Part shown: in pieces, positions 1 to 13,201 of the stretch
Position numbering within the stretch: the stretch's first letter is position 1
Layout: each line of letters begins with the position of its first letter
Origin: Candidatus Eiseniibacteriota bacterium
GTDB taxonomy: Bacteria > Eisenbacteria > RBG-16-71-46 > CAVPCR01
Assembly (NCBI GenBank): GCA_963823555.1
Contig: CAWGMA010000001.1
Span: forward strand, 128,001-192,000
Length of the DNA stretch: 64,000 nt
Direction of reading: 5' to 3'
The notes under the pieces: model-generated
Seen by the model: the letters and a program-made list of their open reading frames with translations, nothing else
Told to the model about the DNA's origin: nothing
Databases searched by the model: none
Program-made: the position numbers and the translations under genes

Positions 1-361
1 CCACAAGCATGGCATCGCGCGCGGTGTGGTTGATGACCAGATCCATCACCGGCCGGAGCCCGAGGGAGCGGATCGCGCCGATCGTCTCGCGGAGGAGGCC
101 AAGACCCCCGTCGGCCCGAGGTCGCTCCTCGTAGTGGGCGTCGGGATGGCCGGCGGGAAGCAGAAGCGGGTCGACGCGGAAGTGATCCTTGACCGCGTAC
201 ATGCTCCCGGAGAATCCAGGGTAATGGAACGGGTTCAGATAGAGCCAGTCGAAGCCCATGTCGCGCGCACGACGGGCATGGTCGAGCCAGCGGGTCATAT
301 CGCCGGCGAGGCGAGGAAAGAGATTGTAGATGCGCGGTGGCGGGCTCGGGTCTTCCATCAT
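1..361 (-). CDS. GH13 alpha-amylase family protein, N-terminal part (runs off window edge)
   Basis: Not in ORF track. Manual translation from ATG 361: MMEDPSPPPRIYNLFPRLAG...MGFDWLYLNPFHYPGFSGSMYAVKDHF...VMDLVINHTA; DLVINHT is GH13 conserved region I. Confidence 0.85.
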   Translation of the reverse strand, partial: MMEDPSPPPRIYNLFPRLAGDMTRWLDHARRARDMGFDWLYLNPFHYPGFSGSMYAVKDHFRVDPLLLPAGHPDAHYEERPRADGGLGLLRETIGAIRSLGLRPVMDLVINHTARDAMLV

Positions 362-428
362 GAATGCCGCAGTGTACATCAACGCCGCCGCGGCCGCAGC
401 AGCGGTTCCGGCCGGCCGGGACGAGCAG

Positions 429-460
429 AAGGCCCCGCAGGCGTCGACCTGCGGGGCCTT
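429..460 (-). terminator. Probable intrinsic terminator after CHRD gene
   Basis: Perfect 13-bp inverted repeat AAGGCCCCGCAGG/CCTGCGGGGCCTT just downstream of the stop at 494. Confidence 0.65.
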
Positions 461-493
461 GGCATCGCGATAATGGGATCAGGCTTGAGCGTC

Positions 494-973
494 CTAGCGG
501 AACATCTGCTTGATCTCACCCCAGGTGCCGGACTCCACGGCGGTGGCTCCGCCCTGAATCTGGGCACGGATCTCACCGCCCGGGAACTGGGTCGTGTGGA
601 CGTTCACGTAGAGGTTGCCGTTCTGTAGATCAGGCAAGTCCGCGGCAGCGAACATGATCTGCCCCTGGAAGCCGCTCGGGAAGGGACCTGCCGAGAGCGG
701 GTAGACGACCGCGCCGTTGATCCCGGCGGGCGCGCGGTGGATATGCGATGCCGTCGTCGTGCCGAGGAGATCCTGGTAGTCGATCTGGAAGGTCATGATG
801 AGGGTGACATCGTTGAGAACCGCCGTGAAGGTGCCCGTCCCCGGTGAGGGATTCGGTGGGACCTCGTTCGTGCCGTTCAGGTTGGCGACCCAGTTGCTGG
901 CCTGGGCGGTGCCGGCAAAGCCGATGGCGACGACGGCGGTCAATACCAGGATGCGCTGAATCCTGCTGTTCAT
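494..973 (-). CDS. Secreted CHRD-domain protein with C-terminal TWG tail
   Basis: Signal peptide (AQA cleavage); CHRD motifs LNGTNEVPP, SHIH, NLYVNVHTTQFPGGEIRAQI; ends TAVESGTWGEIKQMFR. Confidence 0.88.
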   Translation of the reverse strand: MNSRIQRILVLTAVVAIGFAGTAQASNWVANLNGTNEVPPNPSPGTGTFTAVLNDVTLIMTFQIDYQDLLGTTTASHIHRAPAGINGAVVYPLSAGPFPSGFQGQIMFAAADLPDLQNGNLYVNVHTTQFPGGEIRAQIQGGATAVESGTWGEIKQMFR

Positions 974-1108
974 GATTGCCTCCGAGATGGCGATGCGAAG
1001 AGCCGGCACCAGGCGAGGCTCCGGGAGCCTGCCGGCCATGGTCGGGGGACCCGTGTCGTTGGGATCGCGCCGAGCCGGCAACCGGTTCAGATGATGAGGA
1101 CTTCGTGA

Positions 1109-1636
1109 CTAACCGGATGACTCGGTGATCTTCGCCAGGGCCTCGAGAGCGGATTGCATCTCCGCCTCGGACTTGGCGACGGTCGCCTTGCGATCTTCGG
1201 GCTTGCTCTCATCGGTATATTGCTCGATGAGGGTCACCTTGGTCCCGGCGGCGGTGGGCTGGAGCAGGATCTTGGCCTGACACAGGTAGGAGCCGTTGGT
1301 CGGCTCGTGGGCCACGCGGAGTTCCTTCTCCTTGGCCATGTAGGTGACGATCGAGCGCCCGCCATTCCCGTAATCGTCCTTGAATTCGACCGAGTCGCCG
1401 ACCTTGGCAAGCGATATCGCCTTGTTTCCCTCGCTCTTCCAGGCGGGGCACCAGACCGCCAGGCTCTGGCCCGAGGTCATGTGCTGCCACACCTTGGCGG
1501 GCGGTGCGTTGATCTCCTTGGCCACGGTGAAGCGGACCGCTGGAATCTCCTCCGCGGCCTGGCCCGCAGTGGAGAGCATCAATGTCGGTGCCATGGCAAG
1601 GGCGACAATCAGAGCAATGGGTTCGGGACCACGCAT
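1109..1636 (-). CDS. Secreted SRPBCC/START-like domain protein
   Basis: Signal-like N-terminus, then EINAPPAKVWQHMT...WCP, GTKVTLIE and a C-terminal helix typical of SRPBCC; start approximate. Confidence 0.7.
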   Translation of the reverse strand: MRGPEPIALIVALAMAPTLMLSTAGQAAEEIPAVRFTVAKEINAPPAKVWQHMTSGQSLAVWCPAWKSEGNKAISLAKVGDSVEFKDDYGNGGRSIVTYMAKEKELRVAHEPTNGSYLCQAKILLQPTAAGTKVTLIEQYTDESKPEDRKATVAKSEAEMQSALEALAKITESSG

Positions 1637-1877
1637 GATCCAATCCTCCGCGAAGCGAAGCTTCGTCATCCCTCGTTGAGAGCTCGAAACGAGGTCCGCA
1701 ACCACGGGGGTGGTGCGGCCGGAACTTGAAGATGCGAGGCTAGCCCACTCACGCCGGTCCGCGCAAGCGGCACAGCGGTATCATGCTCTTGTCATGAATA
1801 CATGATGTTCTCGCCATCGCGCGGATTCGGAGAGGCGGCTGCGAAAGTCGGTGTTGCCGGTGGCGCCTGAACACGTG

Positions 1878-2069
1878 CTAGTCGGCCCGAAGCCCGGCCC
1901 ACTTCAAGATCGACATCATCGGGCACCAGTGAGAGATGGCCGACTGGAACAGGTTGGCGCCGACGAAGGCGGTAAAGGCGAAGAACCAGGGATTCACCCA
2001 GACTCCAAGCGCGACCGAGATGAGCACGAAGATGCCGGCGATGGCGCGCAGTGCTTCGTTGATGGTCAT
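1878..2069 (-). CDS. DUF2892 / YgaP-like small membrane protein
   Basis: MTINEALRAIAG...FTAFVGANLFQSAISHWCPM; GGAGG RBS upstream of ATG 2069. Confidence 0.85.
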   Translation of the reverse strand: MTINEALRAIAGIFVLISVALGVWVNPWFFAFTAFVGANLFQSAISHWCPMMSILKWAGLRAD

Positions 2070-2114
2070 TGTATCGATTCCTCCTTGCAGATGATTCAAC
2101 CCGAGGGGCATGTC

Positions 2115-2398
2115 TCAGGCCATGCGCTCGACGGGGACGACGAAGAGCTTGGACACCCGATCCCCGGCGGCGTCGCGCCGGCGAGCCAGCTCGGTGAACA
2201 GCCGCGCCGCCTGCGCGTCCTCCTCGACGACGAGGAGCATGACGAGCCCACCCGGATGGACGCGATCTCCGGCGTGGACACCGGTCTCTCCCGCTCCCTC
2301 GAGCACCGGGCACGCGGTGTAGCCCGCCACACCGATCTCATGGAGATCGGCGCGGATGGTGTCGAGCCGGGCCGCATCGGCCATCATCATGACCATCT

Positions 2399-2402
<4 letters not shown>
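2115..2402 (-). CDS. P-II family (GlnB-like) small regulatory protein
   Basis: [38 protein letters not shown]...[20 protein letters not shown] overlap with the corrected RND stop. Confidence 0.7.
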
Positions 2403-5611
<3,209 letters not shown>

Positions 5612-5615
<4 letters not shown>

Positions 5616-6694
5616 GGCGCGGCCTCGACCGGGCGGCCGTCGGCGAGGAGATCAGGTTCGAGGGCGATCGTCTCGCCGGACTCGAGTCCGGCAAGGACTT
5701 CGATCTCATCGCCGTCCCTTGCTCCAGGGCGGATCCAGCGCAGGACCGCCTTGCCATCGCGGACCACGAAGACGCCGGTGAGTCCGCCGCGGCGGATCAG
5801 GGCCCGTTCGGGGATGCGAATGGCCGCATCCGCCGTGGCGCTGATTCCCGGTGCTTTGATCCGCACCCGGGCGAACGCGCCAGGCTCGAGCTTGAGCCCC
5901 GAGTCCGACGGGCGTAGGCGTGCCGTCCGGGAGCGGGAGGTGAAATCGACCATACCGTCGAGGCGGACGAGCGTCGCCGGATGGAAGGGGCCATCGCCGA
6001 CCTGGAAGCTGAGCTGCGCCTGGTCGAGGAGCGGGACTGCCGACTCGGGGAGGGGAACCACGATAAGGCCCGCCTCGCGCGACCGGATATCGAGGAGCGG
6101 AGTCCCGGGGCCCACGCTCGCGCCGGGGTCGACATGGCGGCGCACGACCACGCCGGCGAAGGGAGCGGTGACCGCGGTGGCGGCGGCGAGCTCGGCCAGC
6201 CCCGATCCGGCGGCGGCGAGCTCGGCCTCGGCGGCCTGCCGCTCGGCAGCGGCCATCTCGCGCTCGTGCAGGGCCACCACCCGGATCGCGTAAAGCGAGT
6301 CGAGTCGCGCTTCCTGGCGAGCCGCCAGATCGCGGTGGACCTGAGCCGCTTCGCGCCGGGCGCGCGCCGCGGCCAGCGCCTCGCGCGTCTCCGGAGCGGC
6401 GAATTCAGCCAGCACGTCGCCCTCGGCGAACGGCTCACCCTCGCGGACGAGAGTGCGGGTGAGGCGCGCAGGGATGCGGGCGGTGATCGTCACCTCCTCG
6501 CGGGCCTCGATACGCGCCGGGAGCACGATCGCTCCGCTCTCGCCGCCGGCGCCGACGGCAAAGGTGGCTGTTCGGACTGCCGGTCCGGCTTCTGCGGCCG
6601 GTTCAGGGTGCTCGCGGCCGCATCCGGTCATGAGGAAAGCGGCGGCGAGCGCGGGCCAGAGTGCGAGCTTCATCGCACCGAATGCGTGCCTCAT
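5612..6694 (-). CDS. RND membrane fusion (periplasmic adaptor) lipoprotein
   Basis: Lipobox LMTGC; VREGE and TAPFAGVV motifs; ATGA overlaps with both neighbours. Confidence 0.9.
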
Positions 6695-8076
6695 CGCAGT
6701 GCTCCGATTGAGTGCAGGTAGCGGTAATGGGACAGGATGAGCCCGGCGGCCGCATCCACCTCGTTCTGGCGGGCCCGAGCGGCGCCGGCCTCGGCGGCGA
6801 GGAGCTCGCTCTGGGGCAAGAGTCCAGCGGCATAGCGCGCAGAGGCGAGACGGAGCGCCTCCTCGGCTGCGGTGCGTGCGGTCCTCGTCACCTGGAGCCG
6901 CTCGTCCGCAATGGCGTACTCCTCGCGCGCCTGGGTCGCCGCAGTCGTCAGGTTGCGGCGGAGGATGGCGGCTTCGGCCCGAGCCACCTCGGCCCTGGCG
7001 GTGGCCATCTGCCGTTCGCGGACGATGCGCCCGCCGTCGAACAACGGCCACGAGAGCCCGAGACCCGCGCTCCAGCGGTCCTCACTCCCGCCATCGTCCC
7101 ACGGCCGGTACCAGGTGTAGGCGAAGCGGGAATTGAGGGATGGTGCGAACGCGTAGGCCGAACGCCGCGACTCGATGCCGAGGACTTCCGCCCGCTCCTC
7201 GGCCGCGCGCAGATTCCCGTGCTGATCCGCATAGGTCGATGCCAGCGTCGTGTCCGGGAGGGTGGGTAGAGACGAGGGCTCGAGCCCCGCGACTTCGCTG
7301 GCGGCGATGGGTGCGCCCACGAGCCTGGACAGCCGATCGAGAGATACCGCGTAGTTCTTGCGCGAGTCGAGCCAGCCGAGCTCCACCTCTCCGGCGTGAG
7401 CGGCGGCCAGCAGCGTGTCGAGCTCGGCGACCTGCCCTGTGGTGTGAAGTCCTACGGCTGATCGCCAGTTTTCGCGTGCCGCAGCGAGGGCGAGCGAGTC
7501 GGCTTCGAGCGCTTCGCGGGCGCGCGCCGCACCGACATAGGTCTCGACCGCACCGAGGAGATGATCGGCCTTGAGGGCGTCTTCCTGGGCGCTGGCGGCG
7601 GCGCCCAGGTGGCCGGCGAGGGCGGGGGAGGTCCATTCGGCGCCCCGGTTCCAGATCGGCTGCTCGAGGACGAAGCCATACTGGATGGCGGTCTCGGGAT
7701 CGGGGTAGTTGAGGGCGTCGAGCGCGAAGTCCTCCTGGCTGAACCGCCCCTGCCAGAGCTTCTCGGAGAAGAGGATGGCCGGATCATCGGTGCGCAGGAG
7801 CCCGGCATCGAAGCGGAGCCGGGGGAGGAGAGCCGACCAGGCGGTCCCGCCCTCGGCGCGACCGGCGCGCCCCTGGGCCTCTGCGGCCTTGACCCCGGGA
7901 TCCTCGGCCCGGACCTGGTCGAGGACGCGGTCGAGGTTCCAGGGCTCGGCCCGGGCTTCACCCTGGAGGGTGGCGGCGAGGAGGAGCGCGCTCGATAAGA
8001 GGGCCAGCGCAACCGTTTTCAGGGACAGCGCTGGCGCCCGGGCCGCGGAACCTATGGCTGGGAATTGGTTTGGCAT
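6691..8076 (-). CDS. TolC family outer membrane efflux protein
   Basis: Signal peptide; LSWPLFDGG, ARYAAGL motifs; first gene of TolC-MFP-RND operon; start approximate. Confidence 0.88.
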   Translation of the reverse strand: MPNQFPAIGSAARAPALSLKTVALALLSSALLLAATLQGEARAEPWNLDRVLDQVRAEDPGVKAAEAQGRAGRAEGGTAWSALLPRLRFDAGLLRTDDPAILFSEKLWQGRFSQEDFALDALNYPDPETAIQYGFVLEQPIWNRGAEWTSPALAGHLGAAASAQEDALKADHLLGAVETYVGAARAREALEADSLALAAARENWRSAVGLHTTGQVAELDTLLAAAHAGEVELGWLDSRKNYAVSLDRLSRLVGAPIAASEVAGLEPSSLPTLPDTTLASTYADQHGNLRAAEERAEVLGIESRRSAYAFAPSLNSRFAYTWYRPWDDGGSEDRWSAGLGLSWPLFDGGRIVRERQMATARAEVARAEAAILRRNLTTAATQAREEYAIADERLQVTRTARTAAEEALRLASARYAAGLLPQSELLAAEAGAARARQNEVDAAAGLILSHYRYLHSIGALR

Positions 8077-8180
8077 GGCACTCGGTGGGAGCCAGCTGAG
8101 CTGCAAAGGATTCAGCGGGCGGCTCGCCACGCGCCGGTGCCCCCCCGGCGGTGGATGTCGGCGATGGCGCATCTGGACTC

Positions 8181-8456
8181 CTATTCGCCCCGACCGAAGA
8201 GGAACACCGCACCGAGGATCAGGAAGAGGACTCCGGCCCCGCGCCGGATCCAGACCGGCGGGACCGCTCGACTCAGCGCTTCACCGGCGAGAACGGCAAT
8301 CGCCGATGTGGCGACCAGGGCCAGCGCGGCTCCGCCAAACACGATCAGACGCGAAGAACCGCCGGCAGCCAGCGAGAGGGTGGCCAGCTGCGTCTTGTCG
8401 CCGAGTTCGGCGAGGAAGATGGCGGCGAAGGTCGAGGCGAACAGCTTCCAGTCCAA
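8181..8456 (-). CDS. Half-size GDT1/TMEM165 (UPF0016) Mn/Ca transporter
   Basis: Signature AELGDKTQL; probable TTG start after AGGAGG RBS. Confidence 0.88.
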   Translation of the reverse strand: MDWKLFASTFAAIFLAELGDKTQLATLSLAAGGSSRLIVFGGAALALVATSAIAVLAGEALSRAVPPVWIRRGAGVLFLILGAVFLFGRGE

Positions 8457-8496
8457 TCTTGTTTCCTCCTGCGTGATATGCACGACGTGATCGAGA

Positions 8497-9024
8497 TCAC
8501 GGGAGCGGTGTGCCAGGGTTCAGAGCAACGCTCTTGAAGAGGATGGTGGCCAGCCAGCCGGCGATCGGTGGAAAGAAGAAGGTGCAGGTCAGGCGAATCG
8601 CGGTGAATCTCCATCCGAGGAGCCCGATTTCCATCGGCAGTCGAGCCACCGACCACAGCGACCAGGCGGTCAGGAAGGCGACCAGGGTTCCCACTCCGGC
8701 GCCCGTGCGCATCAGGCCGGCGACAACCGGGAGGCTGATGTAGGGCCCGCCCGGCGTCAACCCGCCGGCCACGGTTCCGATCCAGATGCCGCGCATGCCG
8801 GCCTCGGCCCCGATCCAGCGGGCCACGACCTGGCTCGGCAGGAATGCCTGGACCATGCCGGCGACGATGAAGGCGCATAGCAAGAGCGGCAGGATCTGGA
8901 TGGTCATGCTGGCGCCGGCCTTCAAGCCCACGAGGTGCTCGTGGTGTCCTCGGACCATCCCGAGCAGCACAAGGGCGGCGGCGAGCACGGCCATGATCAG
9001 CGTGGGCACGAGCATCCGTGGCAT
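8497..9024 (-). CDS. ArsP-like (DUF318) permease, short form
   Basis: Hydrophobic; PLLLCAFIVAG, GGLTPGGPYISLPV, LPMEIGLLG. Confidence 0.75.
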   Translation of the reverse strand: MPRMLVPTLIMAVLAAALVLLGMVRGHHEHLVGLKAGASMTIQILPLLLCAFIVAGMVQAFLPSQVVARWIGAEAGMRGIWIGTVAGGLTPGGPYISLPVVAGLMRTGAGVGTLVAFLTAWSLWSVARLPMEIGLLGWRFTAIRLTCTFFFPPIAGWLATILFKSVALNPGTPLP

Positions 9025-9091
9025 TCGAATTCCCTCCTTCCAGCGCTTCCCCTCACCAGCATCACGCGCCAGGCGACGATGTCAGGAGTTC

Positions 9092-9631
9092 TCACTCCTC
9101 CCGGACCTTGTGTCGGGCCGGCCGCTCCAGGTCCGACCGCCAGGCGCCGCGGCCGCGCACGTGCTCCTCGAACGCGGTATCCAGCACGGTGCGCCGTTCC
9201 CGCCATTGCCGGCGCATGGCCCACTCATCGGCGACATGGGCATACCCTGGCGAGACCAGCGGCTCAGCGCGCTCGACCGCGATGAAGATGACGGAATCGA
9301 CCGGATACTCCACGCCCTCTTCGGCAAGGACTCGCGCCACCGCCGCGCGGGAGAGGGCATCGCCCTGGTGCACCATGGCCCGGCCGAAGAAGCGATACCC
9401 TCGCCGCGAGGTCTGATCCACGACGTTGAGCTCGATCCACGGGTTGTGAGCGAGGTTGCATCGGGTCCGGGGTGACGCGATGTCGAGGAAGAAGAGGAGA
9501 TGCGCGTCCCAGACCCGGATCGTTCCCTTCGGGGAGAGGTTCGGGCGCCCATCGGCCGTGACGGTGGCCGCGAAGCAGAGATGAGCACTCTCGATCACTG
9601 CGCGCATGTCGTTGTCAATGGGGAGGTGCAT
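9092..9631 (-). CDS. Pyridoxamine 5'-phosphate oxidase-like FMN-binding protein
   Basis: LCFAATVTADGRPNLSPKGT...SPRTRCNLAHNP...RRGYRFFG; AGGAGG upstream. Confidence 0.85.
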   Translation of the reverse strand: MHLPIDNDMRAVIESAHLCFAATVTADGRPNLSPKGTIRVWDAHLLFFLDIASPRTRCNLAHNPWIELNVVDQTSRRGYRFFGRAMVHQGDALSRAAVARVLAEEGVEYPVDSVIFIAVERAEPLVSPGYAHVADEWAMRRQWRERRTVLDTAFEEHVRGRGAWRSDLERPARHKVREE

Positions 9632-9645
9632 TTCCTGGTTCCTCC

Positions 9646-9867
9646 TTACCGCTCCTGCTGGCGACGCAGCAAGGCGGGCCGCCCATCGGCGCTGGCATCC
9701 GGTCCGATCTCCCGAGTGAAGCGCAAGAAGTAGGTTCCAGAAGCGGCGTGCGGGGTGGATGCGGCGGCATCCGGCTGGATCATGACGGATGCGATGATGA
9801 GGCGGAGGATGAGAGTGGCGGCCGGAATGACATGGGACGGCCATACGTGGCGTGAACCGGCGCGCAT
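9646..9867 (-). CDS. Small hypothetical ORF or gene remnant (73 aa)
   Basis: GGAGG RBS before ATG 9867, hydrophobic signal-like stretch, fills the gap between co-oriented genes; no family recognised. Confidence 0.3.
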   Translation of the reverse strand: MRAGSRHVWPSHVIPAATLILRLIIASVMIQPDAAASTPHAASGTYFLRFTREIGPDASADGRPALLRRQQER

Positions 9868-9975
9868 CGTCAAGTCCTCCCTGCGGTGGCGGGATGGACG
9901 GCTGGCCGCGGCGGGTGAGGTCGCGGTCTCCCGCCCATCGTACCGCATCCCGATTCCCGGTGCCGGAAGGGCCGT

Positions 9976-11223
9976 CTACAACAGGACGCCGGCCACGCAC
10001 GCCACCATGCAGGTGGTGAGCAGCCCGCCGATCATGGCCCGGAACGCCAGTCGAGACAGGTCGGCGCGGCGGTTGGGGGCGAGACCCGAGTAGCCGCCGA
10101 TCTGAATGCCGATCGAGCCGAAGTTGGCGAAACCACAGAGGGCGTAGGAGGCGATCAGGCGCCCGCGTTCAGTGAGCCAAGTCGGATCCTCGGCCAGGCG
10201 CTGGCTCATGTGCGTGTAGGCGACGAACTCGTTGAGCACGGTCTTCTCGCCGAGCAGACTCCCGACCTTCATGACATCGTCCGCTGGTACGCCCATGGCC
10301 CAGGCCAGCGGCGAGAAGATCCAACCGGTGAGGGTGGCGAGATCCAGACTCGCGCCGAAGAAGCGGCTACCCATCCAGCCGAGCATGGCGTCGAGCATGG
10401 CGGTGAGCGCAAGGAAGGCGATGAGCATGGCCCCGACGTTGACTGCCAGGCGGAGTCCATCGGTGGTGCCGGTGGCGATGGCGTCGAGCAGGTTGGCGCT
10501 CGTCTTCGGGATCTCGATATCCACCTGACCCAGCGTGTGCGGCTGTTCGACCTCCGGCATCATGAGCTTGGCGATCACGATCGCTGCCGGAGCACACATG
10601 ACGCTGCAGGCGATCAAGTGCCCCGCGATCTGCGGCACGAAGGGGCCGAGCATGGCCACGTAGGCGGCGAGCACACCGCCGGCCGTGGTGGCGAAGCCGG
10701 CCGTCATGCAGGCCAGGAGCTCCGACATGGTGAGCGTGGGGAGGTAGGGCCGGATGACGAGCGGGGCCTCGGTCTGGCCGACGAAGATATCGGAGACCGT
10801 CGAGAAGCTCTCGGCCCCGCTGACGCCGAGGAAGCGCGACATGAAGCGGGCCATCCACCGGATGACGAGCGGCATGAGTCGCACGTAGTAGAGGATCGAC
10901 ATCAGCGCGGCGAAGAAGATGATCGTGGGCAGGACCTGGAAGGCGAACACATAGCCGAACGAGTCGGTGTTCGAGACCAGGCTGCCAAAGACGAACTCGG
11001 CGCCCTGCTGGCTGAAACCCAGCAGGCCTTCGACCGCATTGTTGGCGAAGAGAAAGCCGCGATTGGCGGGAGTGCGCAGGACGATGAAGGCGAAGCCGAG
11101 AAGGAGCAGGAGCCCGAATCCGATGGTGCGTAGGTTCACATGCCGCCGCCGGTCTCGGGGGCAGATCAGGTAAGCGATCGCCAGCATGACGACGACGCCG
11201 AACGCGCTGGTCAGCCGTTCCAT
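9976..11223 (-). CDS. nupC: Concentrative nucleoside transporter (NupC/CNT family)
   Basis: FAFQVLPTIIFF, IFVGQTEAPL, LNEFVAY, YALCGFANFGSIGIQIGG. Confidence 0.93.
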   Translation of the reverse strand: MERLTSAFGVVVMLAIAYLICPRDRRRHVNLRTIGFGLLLLLGFAFIVLRTPANRGFLFANNAVEGLLGFSQQGAEFVFGSLVSNTDSFGYVFAFQVLPTIIFFAALMSILYYVRLMPLVIRWMARFMSRFLGVSGAESFSTVSDIFVGQTEAPLVIRPYLPTLTMSELLACMTAGFATTAGGVLAAYVAMLGPFVPQIAGHLIACSVMCAPAAIVIAKLMMPEVEQPHTLGQVDIEIPKTSANLLDAIATGTTDGLRLAVNVGAMLIAFLALTAMLDAMLGWMGSRFFGASLDLATLTGWIFSPLAWAMGVPADDVMKVGSLLGEKTVLNEFVAYTHMSQRLAEDPTWLTERGRLIASYALCGFANFGSIGIQIGGYSGLAPNRRADLSRLAFRAMIGGLLTTCMVACVAGVLL

Positions 11224-11444
11224 GGGGTGCCTCCGGGGCGGGCCGCTCCTGGTCGCCCGGTTGAGCCAATCGAAGCGGGGACCGTAGCACAGCCCGGCTT
11301 GCGAGCCCACCTGCTGGCGAGGGCGCGGGGCTGGCCGCAGCTCTCGGCCTGGTCCGGCAGCGCTTGCCGCGAGTCGCCGATCGCGGTAGCCTCACTTGCT
11401 CTCGACTGACAGCGCGTGCGACGAGGAGCGAGGAGGTTCGATCC

Positions 11445-11720
11445 ATGGCTCGAATGGTCCAATGTGTGAAGCTGGGGCGAGAAGCGGAAGGGCTGGACAA
11501 GCCGCCGTTTCCCGGCGACCTGGGGCAGCGCATCTATGACAACGTATCCAAGGAGGCCTGGAAGCTCTGGACGCAACACATGACCATGGTCGTCAACGAG
11601 TTCCGGCTGAGCATGGCGAGTCCCGAGTCGCAACAGATCCTCATGCAGCAGATGGAGCAGTTCTTCTTCGGCGAGGGCGCGGCCCTTCCACCCGACTACA
11701 CTCCTCCCTCCTCCAAGTAG
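11445..11720 (+). CDS. yggX: YggX oxidative damage protection / Fe-trafficking protein
   Basis: [37 protein letters not shown]...NE.RL; GGAGG RBS. Confidence 0.92.
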   Translation: MARMVQCVKLGREAEGLDKPPFPGDLGQRIYDNVSKEAWKLWTQHMTMVVNEFRLSMASPESQQILMQQMEQFFFGEGAALPPDYTPPSSK

Positions 11721-11737
11721 CACGGTGTAACGTCGCC

Positions 11738-13201
11738 GTGCCCGGACCCGGCCGGATTCTCCTCATCTCGACCTACGAGCTCGGGCATCAGCCGCTCGGG
11801 CTGGCCTGGCCGGCCGCCTTCCTGGCCCGCGCCGGGCTCGATGCCGATGTGCAGGACCTATCCCTCGAGCCCCTCGACGGGGCGCGCGTCGCCCGTGCCT
11901 CGTGGGTCGGGATCTCGGTGCCGATGCATACCGCGCTCCGCATCGGGGTGGCGGTCGGCCGGCGTGTGCGGGAGCTGAATCCCCAGGCCCGCATCGTCTT
12001 CTTCGGGCTCTACGCGGGGCTCAACGCCGACTATCTGCTGAGCGAGGGGGCCGCCGATGCCGTGCTCGGTGGCGAGTACGAAGCCGCCCTGGCCGATCTC
12101 GTCGCCGGCTCGAAGCCCGGCACCCGTGGTCGCGGCGCCTCGCGATCAGCAGGGCCGGAGCACTTGAAGCGACTCGACTTCCCGATGCCGCTCCGTACCG
12201 GGCTACCCGACCTGCGCCGGTACGCCCATCTCGAGCGGGACGGGGAACAGATGCCTGCCGGCTACGTCGAGGCGAGCCGCGGTTGCCTCCATCATTGCCG
12301 CCACTGCCCCATTCCCCCGGTTTACGGTGGTCGATTCTTCGTCGTGCCCGAAACGGCGGTGCTGGCCGATGTGGCGCAGCAGGTCGCCGCCGGGGCGCGC
12401 CATGTGACCTTCGGGGATGCCGATTTCCTGAACGGGCCGCGTCATGTCATGCGTCTCGTGCGCGCCATGAACCGGGAGTTTCCGGATCTCACCTTCGACG
12501 TGACGACCAAGGTCTCCAACATCGTCAAGCACCGGGTGCTGTTCGCCGAGCTGGCCGAGCTGGGATGCGTCTTCGTCGTCTCGGCGGTCGAGTCGCTCTC
12601 CGATCGAGTCCTCGCGGTTCTCGACAAGGGGCACACGCGAGCGGACATCGACCGCGCGCTCGGAATCCTTCATGCCGCCGGGATCCCGCTCCGCCCGACC
12701 TTCGTTGCCTTCACCCCATGGACCACGGCCGAGGACTATCTGGAGCTCCTTGACTTCATCGTGGCGGAGGACCTGTGCCAGCACGTGGATCCGGTTCAGG
12801 TGGGGCTTCGCCTCCTCGTCCCCCCGGGCTCGCTCCTCCTAGATTCGCCTGAGCTCAGGCCGCACCTCGGTGCTCTCGATCCCGCCGCGTTCACTTATCG
12901 CTGGATCCACCCCGATCCGCGGATGGTGGAGCTCGAGACGGCTGTTGCCGACCTCGTCCAGCGTGCAGCGCGGCGACACGGCGAAGCGATGGACACGTTT
13001 GCCGCCGTGCGTGCGCTCGCCACTCGCATTCTCGAGGGGTGTGACGCTCCGGTGCCGGAGTTCCCTCGATCGCCCGCGCGCCCGCGTCCACCCCGGCTCA
13101 CCGAGGACTGGTTCTGCTGAGCGGAGCCGATGGAGGATCAGTTGATCCTCGCCACTTCGGGCTGGGACTCGGGGCTCCGCTCGGCTGCCGCCAGCGACTA
13201 G
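11738..13201 (+). CDS. CUAEP-tail radical SAM selenoprotein (TGA 13118-13120 = Sec), B12-binding-like N-terminal domain
   Basis: CxxxCxxC (CLHHCRHC); PPRLTEDWFC-TGA-AEP reads on to TAG 13199-13201 (487 aa); SECIS-like hairpin follows the TGA. Confidence 0.88.
13133..13150 (+). promoter_or_regulatory. Putative bacterial SECIS element
   Basis: GAGGATC-AGTT-GATCCTC hairpin starting 12 nt after the in-frame TGA, with G in the apical loop. Confidence 0.75.
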
